Below are positions 55,858 to 64,000 of a stretch of 64,000 bases of DNA, piece after piece (the stretch's first letter is position 1; each line of letters starts with the position of its first letter). The notes under the pieces are model-generated. The model had not been told where the DNA came from. It ran no database searches and saw only the letters and a program-made list of their open reading frames with translations. The position numbers were made by a program, and so were the translations under genes. Source of the stretch: an uncultured Spirochaetota bacterium (lineage in GTDB: Bacteria > Spirochaetota > Spirochaetia > SZUA-6 > Fen-1364); NCBI GenBank assembly GCA_963734545.1, contig CAVTHO010000008.1, positions 416,001-480,000 of the forward strand, written 5' to 3'.

Positions 55858-56967
55858 CTAGCGGTAGAGCCTTTTCAGCTTTCCGAGTATACCCATGTAC
55901 TCCAGGCCCGTCAGTGGGGCCTCCGGGTTGAAGTGGACCCCGTCAGGCAGATCCATGACCTCACGCTCCACTACTCCCAGCGCGGCGTCGAACCACGCTG
56001 AATCCACATCAAGGTCAGGCACGGGGCTCGTCGTGTACTTGAGCCGATAGCGCGTGAGAAGCTTCGGGTCGTGTTCCGTGCGGGAGATGAGGCCCCAGAG
56101 AAAGAACGCAACGTTCTTGCGGAGGGCGGGCGTGTCGGGGGACACGGTCGGATCGAGAAGGAGCCCCGCCTCCTTCACGGCAGGGAAGAGGGCGCCAAAC
56201 GAGGGCTTCGGATCCGGACTGAGGGCGGCAAGGAAACGCGTCTCCGACGAGGCGCGCTCGATCATTCCCCGGACCGTGAGCCGGGGCTCCAGCGATCCGG
56301 TCTGGTCGGTGACAGCGCCGCCGTCCCGGGCCGCCTGTGCGAGGGAGAATGCGCGGTCACGATCCTGGCCGTAGAGGGCCCGAAAGCGCGTGTCCAGCCC
56401 GCGCAGGCCTTCGTCGAGGTCCTGCGCCGCCTCGGCGTACCTGCCCGCCTTGAGAAGCTCCACTCCGCGCTCGCAGAGCAGCCGCGATTTTTCGTCGGCC
56501 TTCGCAATACCGGCATCCATCAGGGAAAGACGCGCCGCGGGATCCGGCGCGAGGGCCGCGCGCACGATCCATACACCCTGCTCCGCGTCCGAGAGCGCGG
56601 CCGCGATGTCCACGGATTTCCTCGCCGCGGCGAGGTCCCGGGCTAAAAGCGCCGCTTCCGCCTTGAGCGCTTCCACCCGGGCCCGCAGCCTTCGATTCAG
56701 CCCCGGCTGCGCGGCCGCGCCGTCCAGGTCCGCACGCAGGGCGGCGAGGGCTGGCTCATCCGGCGCGAGCCGGAGCTCGAGCAGCCGGGTGTCGAACATG
56801 TCCAGCGCGGCGATCTGCTCCGCGCCCGCGCTCTGCCCTACCTGGTCGGCGGGCACGGTCCGGCAGGATGCGGCGGCCAGGAGAATTGCGGCCGCGAGAA
56901 GAGGGGCTGCCGCGAAGGCGAGGCACCGGGGAAAGGGGCGCCGCAGCGCCAGCGGCCGTGCCGTCAT
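55858..56967 (-). CDS. TPR-like helical lipoprotein, unknown function
   Basis: Lipobox AASC; ERG..LL.AGRYAEAAQD TPR-like repeat; possible SLH-like C-terminus (F.P..PLT..E). Confidence 0.6.
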   Translation of the reverse strand: MTARPLALRRPFPRCLAFAAAPLLAAAILLAAASCRTVPADQVGQSAGAEQIAALDMFDTRLLELRLAPDEPALAALRADLDGAAAQPGLNRRLRARVEALKAEAALLARDLAAARKSVDIAAALSDAEQGVWIVRAALAPDPAARLSLMDAGIAKADEKSRLLCERGVELLKAGRYAEAAQDLDEGLRGLDTRFRALYGQDRDRAFSLAQAARDGGAVTDQTGSLEPRLTVRGMIERASSETRFLAALSPDPKPSFGALFPAVKEAGLLLDPTVSPDTPALRKNVAFFLWGLISRTEHDPKLLTRYRLKYTTSPVPDLDVDSAWFDAALGVVEREVMDLPDGVHFNPEAPLTGLEYMGILGKLKRLYR

Positions 56968-59622
56968 TTCTGCCCCCTGCCCGCCGCATACGCGTAGATC
57001 TTCCCGTCGAGGCCGGCGGTGAGCAGATCCAGTCTCCCGTCACGATCCAGGTCTACGAGCTGCGGTCGGGACACTCCCTTGACGGGAAATCCGGGCAGGG
57101 GGCGGAGAGCGGCGTCATAGCCGGCAATGAACGCTCCCGAGCCGTAGAGGAAAATCTCATCACGGCCGTCCCCGTCCAGGTCCGCAATGAGAATGCGGGC
57201 GTCCTTCCCGTCCAGGTCGGGGATGCCCGCCTGCCGGAGAACGACTCCGTCCAGGCCCACCTGCCGGATGACGCCGTCCTGCGCCAGGATGACCAGCACG
57301 GGACGACCCTCGACGCTCATCGTACCGGGGGTTGCGTAAAAGACGCCGGGCAGCGTGAGGGGAAACGGCGGAATGGGTTTGCCGGACAGGTCCCACGCGT
57401 GCAGCGAACCGGCCTGGGTGAGAAACGTGACGACGTACGATTGTCCCGACGCGACGATCCGCGGCGCGCAATACGATATTCCGGCTGCCTGTACCGGCCA
57501 TCCGGGCGCCTCCACGCCCTTGAGATCGCTCAGGTGCACCCAGGCATCGAAGCTCTTCGGATAGAACACGGTCCTGCCCGCCGCGAAATCGGGCGGCGCA
57601 AAGAGCGGCGCCTCCAACCGCTGAGAGAAGACGTTTCGGGAGCCGTCGGGTCCCACGAGCACGAGCGCGGATTCGGTCTTCGAGAAGAGCGCGAGCTTCC
57701 CGTCGATCATCGCGGGCGGCATGGGGCTCACGATTCCGGTTGCGAGGGGGAACGGGGCAAGAGGAAGGAGCCGGGCGCCAAAACGCCAGATCGTTCCGCC
57801 GGGAGATACGGCCCAGAGGGCGGCAAAAGTGCCGGGACCGGCCGCGCTCGGGCACGAGAACCGAGTCCGGCTCGAGCTTCGCCTCCGCAAGCTCGGTTCC
57901 TCCCGCGTCCGCGAGAACGAGGACGGACCTGTCACGGATCCAGGCAAGCGTCAGGGAGCTGGAATCAGTGAAGCGAAAAGCCAGGACGTCCCCCGAGACG
58001 ACTCCCGACGGCGCGAGCGGGAAACCGGGAAGAAGCTTTGCCCCGCCGGTGGCCGCCCGTGACGCGGCCAGGGAGAGGCGCACTTCCGCGGGGGTGGCGC
58101 GAATGGCAACGACGCCGTTCGTGTACAGGCGCAGGATGTCGGCGAGCAGGCCCGAACCCCTGATGAAAAACGGCTCGCTCCGCGACATGTCGTACCAGGC
58201 AAAAAAACTGGAATCGGCGGGGATCCGCTCGGCCAGACGCGCGTACAGGCTGGTCTGGGCGAGGTTGTCCCCCGTGTCAGCGGCCCTCACCACCGCCGCC
58301 AGATTCTGCGCATCCAGAGAAACAAAAATGTAGTTGTCACGGACAAGGAAGTACGGCTCCGGTACATTCACGCCGAGCGCGTCCAGTATCAGGCCCATAT
58401 ACCAGGGCAGGGAAAGCCTGTCGATGCGGATGCCATCCAGCACGAGCGAGCTGTCCCTGCCCGCCACGGCGGACGTGGTGAGCCTGGCGATGGCGCGTGT
58501 GCACGCCTGCGCATCCGTGATCTTCGCGAAGAATACCGCCTCCGCCGAGCCCGGCTGCATGAAGGCGCCCACCTCCGCACCCACCCAGGAGAAGAGGAGC
58601 TCGTCGATTCCGGCGCCGAGCACGGTGCGGGCGCCTGAATCTGCCCGCGCGAAGATATCCTGGACGTCCTTCCCCTGGAAGGCGGCGGCCAGCCGGTAGA
58701 GATCCGCGAGCGGCGCGATGTTGGAGATCGTAAGAAGCTGGGCAGAAGAGGGGACGTAGCGTAATATCCCGATCGGCGCGGGGGCGCCGGCGAGGACCTT
58801 CGACAGCTCCGGCAGGGACACCGAGACCGGGAGCGCAGCGCCAAGCTGCAGGCGCGTGTTGCTGAGCTGCACGTCCAGCATGGTCTGACCGGGAATCTCC
58901 ACCGCGTCCAGGACCTTTGCACCGAACGGGGTGGCGCCGAGAAGGTCCGTCGACATGCCCTGCGTGTCCACCAGTACCCGCACGGCGGTGCTGCTCCGGA
59001 GACGGATCCGGTCCAGAAGCTCGCGGCTGGCCCGGGCGGCAAGGCCCGTGTGAGAGGCGCGCCGCGCCAGCGCCTCCTTCACCGTGTCGGCGTCGATGGA
59101 CAGGAGAACCACATTGTTGGCCAGCGCGGCATGAATCGTCGTCGCGCCGGCCGTGTAGCGGTACATCGGGAGCCCGGCGTCGTTGAGGAAGCTGAAACCC
59201 TTGATCCTGAGAAGCGGACCCACGAAACGCGCAAGCGGCGTCAGGATGCCCCGCCAGCCGATGTCGAGCACGGCGACGATCTTCCCCTCCGGGAGGAGCA
59301 TGACGTCGGCCCGCACGTCGAGCAGCGTGCGCAGGACCGGCGCGCGCGTCAGCGCAAGACCGCGCGCGTCGGTGAGGACGCCGTGATAGGGGGCGAGCTC
59401 GGGGCGCGCCAGAACGACATCCGCGGCCTCGAGAGTGAGCCATTGGTCGTAGATGGCCCGGAGGGACGGCACCTGGACGTACGCGACGTAGCGGTCGGGG
59501 AGAAACGAGGTCGGGTCTTCGCGCCGTACGAGCCAGGTCACGACAAGGGCCAGCACGCCGAGGACGCAGAGGGCAAGGATGCCCAGAAAGGTCGTGAGAA
59601 CGCCCTTGAGGATTTTCTTCAT
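56964..59622 (-). CDS. Large membrane-anchored protein with C-terminal FG-GAP/VCBS-like repeats, frameshift near 57850
   Basis: N-terminal TM; repeated LPGFP/PGWP; ADLDGDGRDEI and VDLDRDGRLDL Ca-binding loops. Confidence 0.7.
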
Positions 59623-60585
59623 CAGCGGCGCGCCCGCGCGCGCCTGCGGGCCGGGCGCCTGATTTCGCCCGCGTAGCCACGGGCCCTCCACACGAGCCCG
59701 ACGACTCCCGAGGCTACCACCGCCAGGGCGAGGATGGCCCAGAAAGCCCAGCCCCTGTCGGCCAGGGGAATGCCGACGTTCATCGAGAAGACGCTGACGA
59801 CAAAGGTCGGGATCATGATGGAAATCGTGATGATGTTCAGCGTCTTCATGAGCACGCTGAGATTATTGTTGACGACCGACACGCGCGCGTCCATGAGGCT
59901 CGCGAATATGTTGGAATAGATCTCCGCCTGGCGGTAGCATTGCGTATTCTCGATGATGAGGTCCTCCAGGTACTCGAGGTTTTCCGACGAGAACCCGATC
60001 CGGGCCGCATTCGTCTTCAACCTTTCGATGGCCACCCCGTTGGAGTGAATGGAGTTCTGGTAGTAGACGAGGCTCTTTTCCAGTGTGAAGAGGTTGATGA
60101 GATGCCGGTTCTCCATGGAGCGCTGGATCTTTGCCTCCAGCGAATCGGCAATGCTGTTCATCACCTTCAGGTGCTCCAGGTAATGCAGCGTCGTGCGGAA
60201 GAGCACCTTGAGGAGCAGATCCGGCAGGGAAGTGATCCTCTGCACCTGGTGGGCTTCCAGCGGCATCAACTCCTCCTGCGCCACGATCACCATCTTGTCC
60301 TTGAACAGGAACAGCCCCATGGAGGACACGGTGAACAGGAACTGGTCCGCGGAGGAGTAGTTGCGGGGCCGGTTGACGATGAGCGCGGCGTGGTCCGGCT
60401 CGAACTCCAGACGGGAGAGCTCATCCGGATCCAGGGCCGAGTTCAGCGTGTGTTCGTCGATCTTGAGCGTGCGCGACGAGCAGCTCGCGCTCGGCCGGCT
60501 CGGGATTCACGTAGAGCATGACCTCGCACGCCGGGCCGCTTGACTCGCAGAGCTTTCCCTCCATGATGCGGTATTCCTTCAGCAT
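59622..60585 (-). CDS. corA: CorA-family Mg2+/Co2+ transporter, frameshift near 60470
   Basis: SALDPDELSRLE, LEKSLVYY, LEDLIIEN.Q, NNNL..LMK.L, IPT.VVS.FSMNV (SMN in place of GMN). Confidence 0.85.
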
Positions 60586-60610
60586 GATGCCTCCTGAATC
60601 GCCTGTCCCC

Positions 60611-62463
60611 TCAGAGGGATTTCTCGAGCGCGCGGTTCATCCGCTTCACGAAACCGGCCGAGTCCTTGAGCTCGGCGCCCTCGACGAGCAATGCCTGGTC
60701 GAGGAGGAGCCGGCTGACGTCGTCGATCACCGCAGGGTCCGTCACGCCGGCGAGCTTGGTGACGATGGGATGGGAAGGATTGAGCTCCAGGATCGGCTTC
60801 ACGTCCGGAAGGTCCTTGTTGCCCATCACCTTCAGTATCTGCTGCATCTGCATGGTCGGATCATGCTCGTCCACCACGATGCAGGACGGCGAATCGGCCA
60901 GCCGGCGCGAGGCCCGCACGTCCTTCACCTGGTCCCCCAGCGCCTTCTTCACCCTGGCGATCAGCGGCTCGAGCGCGTCCGCCTTCGCCTTGTCCTCGTC
61001 CGTCTTCAGGTCGTCCGCCGTGGCCGAGCGGTTCACCGCCTTGAGCTCGACCTCCATGAAGGTCCCGATGGATGAGGCCACGATCTCGTCGATCTCGTCG
61101 TCCATCACGAGCACCTCGAGCCCCCTGGCCTTGTAGGTCTCCAGAAGCGGCGAGTTGCGCAGACCCGCCTCCCGGCCGCCGGTAATATAGTAGATTGCCT
61201 TCTGGTCCGGCTTCATCCGGTCACGGTATTCAGAGAGGCTCGTCCAGCCCTCCACCACGGTGGACTTGTAGCGCAGGAGCTCCATGAGCTGGTCTTTGTG
61301 CTCGAAGTCCTGCAGGACGCCCTCCTTCAGCACCCTGCCGAACTCGTTCCAGATCGTCGTGTAGAGCTTCACGTCCTTGGTGAGCTGGGCGAGCTCCTGG
61401 AGGATTTTGCGGACGGACGAGGAGCGGATATTCTCCATGATCCTGTTCTTCTGGAGAATCTCGCGGCTGACATTGAGCGGCAGGTCCTCCGAGTCGATGA
61501 TCCCCCTCACGAAGCGCAGGTACACGGGAAGCAGCTCCTTCTCGCTCTCCGTGATGAACACGCGCTTGATGTACAGCTTCACGCCCGGCTGGTAGTCGTA
61601 GCGGTACAGGTCGAACGGCGCATGCGAGGGAATGTAGAAGAGCGTGCTGTACGCGAGGGCGCCTTCCACGGAATGGTGGATCCAGTGCAGGGGGTCCTCG
61701 TCGTCGTGGCTGAGGGTCTTGTAGAACTCCTTGTAGTCCTCCTCCTTCAGCTCCGACTTCGGCCGCCTCCACAGCGCGAGGGCCGAGTTGACCTGGGCCA
61801 CCTTGTCCACCTTCCCGCCGTGCTGCCCCTCTTCCTGGTAGTGCAGGTGGATGGGGAAGGCGATGTGGTTGGAATACTTGCGGATGATCCCTTCGATCCG
61901 CCACCGGTCCGCGTATTCCTTCCCCGCCTCGTTCAGGTGCAGAATGACGGTCGTGCCCGCCACGTCGCGCTGCGCGCTCGGCGATCTCGTATTCTCCCTT
62001 CCCGTCGCTCGTCCACTTCCAGGCTTTCTCGTCCCCGATCTTCCGCGTGACGACCTCCACGGTATCCGCCACCATGAACGACGGAGTAGAAGCCCACGCC
62101 GAACTGGCCGATGAGGCTGGAGCCTTTCTTCGCGTCCGCTGCCATGGCCTGAAGGAACTCGCGCGTGCCCGAGCGGGCAATGGTCCCCAGGTTCTGCTCC
62201 AGGTCCTTCTCGTCCATCCCGATGCCGGTGTCCGTCACGGTGAGGGTCTTCCTGTCCTTTGTGTCGAAGGAAATGTCGATGCGCGGCAGGAACGGCACGC
62301 CCTTGTACTCCTCCTGCGTGAGGGTGAGGTACTTCAGCTTGTCCAGCGCATCGGCGGCATTGGAGACGAGCTCCCGGAGAAAGATCTCGTTGTGGGAATA
62401 CAGGGAATGGATGATGAGCGTGAGAAGCTGGTTGACTTCAGCCTGGAACTGGTGCTTGGACAT
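60611..62463 (-). CDS. htpG: Chaperone HtpG (Hsp90), frameshifts near 62080 and 61965
   Basis: [66 protein letters not shown]. Confidence 0.95.
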
Positions 62464-62467
62464 AGTG

Positions 62468-62590
62468 TTCCTCTCGAGAGAATTCGCGGTCACGGTCGGC
62501 CTTACGGCCATCCGTGGCCTCGGCCGACCTCGCGGCTCTCGGCGTCTGCTTCGCAGCCCGCCTGCCGCCCTCCGCGCGCCTTCGGCGCGC
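62468..62590. other. Cluster of GC-rich hairpins in the htpG leader (REP-like element or RNA thermometer)
   Basis: GGTCGGCC/GGCCGACC (62494-62529) enclosing GGCCATCCGTGGCC; CTGCTTCGCAG; GCGCGCCTTCGGCGCGC; CTCTCGAGAG overlapping the SD. Confidence 0.55.
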
Positions 62591-62677
62591 TACGCATCCC
62601 TGTCTACGCCGGAAACCTACCTTGAAATCGAGCGTGGGTAAAGACCGGGTCGGCCGCAGGCGCTGACCCGGACCTGT

Positions 62678-64000
62678 TCAGCTTTCCGGTGACGCGGGGG
62701 TAACAGCGGGTATGTTTCCGGCCACGCTGCCGGGCTGCGCCGGCGGCTCCCCCTTCTCCCGCCACGGCGTGTATCGCCCCGCGCGTCTTCCGCAGGGCAA
62801 GCTCGGGAAGGAACAGGGTGAAGAGGAACCCGAGCGCCACGACGAACAAGCCCCAGAAATAGACGCGGGTGATCGCGTCCGTGAACGCGTTCTTCAGCGC
62901 CCCCGTGACCTCACCCGTCACCCGGGCCGCCTGCGCGTCCAGCGAAGCCCTGATCTGCGGAAGGGCCGCCTGCGCCGCGGCGCCGCCGCTTCTCACCAGG
63001 TCCTTGACCGCGGCAGGCAGCCGCGGGTCGGCCAGGACGCTCTCCCGCGCCGCAGCATCGCCCCTTGAAATCGCCGCGTCGATCGTGGTGTAGGTGCTCT
63101 GCATGCCCGCCCTGATCTGGTCTCCCACTGCTCCGAAGTTGCCGGATTCGAGCTGGCCCATGTTGAAGCTGATGGCCGCCGCGCCCGACTTCTGCATCTC
63201 CGGCGGCATGTACTTCGGGAGCTGGGCGGCAAGCGTCGTGGCGAGAATGGTCCCGAATATGGCGACTCCCACGGTCGAGCCGATCTGCCGGAAGAACTGA
63301 CTGCTGCTCGTGGCCGCTCCCATCTCGTGCGGATTCACCGAGTTCTGCACGGCGAGGAGATAGATCGGAAGGGCCGGACCGATGCCGACGCCGAGCAGGA
63401 TCATGCGCCAGGTCATCATCGACTGGGTGGTGTGAATGGTGAGTCCCGTCATGGTCCAGTAGCCGGCGAAGACCAGCACGGCCCCTATCAGCAGGAGGAA
63501 CTTGTATTTGCCCAGCCTGCTCACGAGCTGGCCGGAGATGAAGCTCGACACCACCAGGCCGAGAGTGAGCGGCATGACGGTCAGCCCCGCGGCGCTTGCG
63601 GACGCGCCGACCACGAGGACCATGTAGATGGGCAGGAAGACGATGGCCCCGAAAAAGGCCACACCGGCGATCAGCAGCGCGCCGATATTGCCGAGCACGA
63701 AGGTCCGGTTGGCGAACAGGTCGAAGGGAAGTATCGGCTCCCGGGCGCGTTTCTCCACGAGGATGAACACAAGGACACCCACGGCACCCAGGCCGAACAG
63801 CCCGAGTACCTGCCACGAGCCCCAGGGGTACTCCTGCCCGCCCAGGCTCAAGGCAAGGAGGATGGGAAGAATGCCCAGGAGGAGGGCTGCCGAGCCTTTC
63901 CAGTCGATGCTCACTTTTCTCGTGAGTGCCGGCTTCAGCGGCGGCATCTGGAAGATGATGAAGAGAAGCGCGATGAGCCCGATCGGCATGTTGACGTAAA
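62678..64000 (-). CDS. DHA2/MDR-type MFS efflux transporter (5' end outside the window)
   Basis: FYVNMPIG, IDW.G, EPILPFDLF.NR.F, FRQIGST.GVAIFG. The stop is probably at 62678 if the C5 run at 62749-62753 has an extra base; otherwise it is 62604. Confidence 0.85.

Noticed and set aside
62621-62626. CTTGAA as a sigma32-type -35 box for htpG
   Set aside because: It is on the plus strand, whereas htpG is transcribed on the minus strand.
1-64000. Prophage, integron, IS element, tRNA or rRNA
   Set aside because: No integrase, transposase or phage structural motifs, and no cloverleaf or rRNA-like segment in the short intergenic gaps I inspected by eye.

Overview
A GC-rich bacterial chromosomal segment with about 50 genes. 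It is probably from a free-living Spirochaetia: this is an inference from the 'AFAGG.QE' signal peptide of the solute-binding protein, the eukaryote-type hexokinase, the tandem cNMP-binding protein and an extra RpoD-like sigma factor. I found no rRNA, tRNA, CRISPR array, integrase or transposase. The main content is: housekeeping and stress genes (mscL, ribA, rpmB, arfB, htpG, corA, mgtA, glutathione peroxidase); several efflux systems (RND, MacAB-TolC, ABC-2, MFS); two two-component systems; and dispersed sugar-catabolism genes (rhaA, an aldolase-SDR fusion, hexokinase, KdgK/UxuB-like, GH42 beta-galactosidase, GatZ-like plus PfkB kinase, and a rhamnose-type ABC transporter followed by a chemoreceptor). 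About 11 genes carry frameshifts that look like long-read errors, and these create false fusions in the ORF track. Best leads: (1) an identical 20-nt hairpin/Shine-Dalgarno element directly before the start codons of two unrelated genes 7 kb apart, tandemly amplified at one of them; (2) an rhaA operon with hexokinase, aminotransferase and an SrlD-type fusion, but no rhaB; (3) a stand-alone lipoyl-domain protein lacking its lipoyl-lysine, coupled to a tagatose-type kinase/epimerase pair; (4) a diverged ~110-bp dispersed element whose dyad core appears flipped relative to its flanks. All family calls come from motif recognition by eye; no database searches were run.
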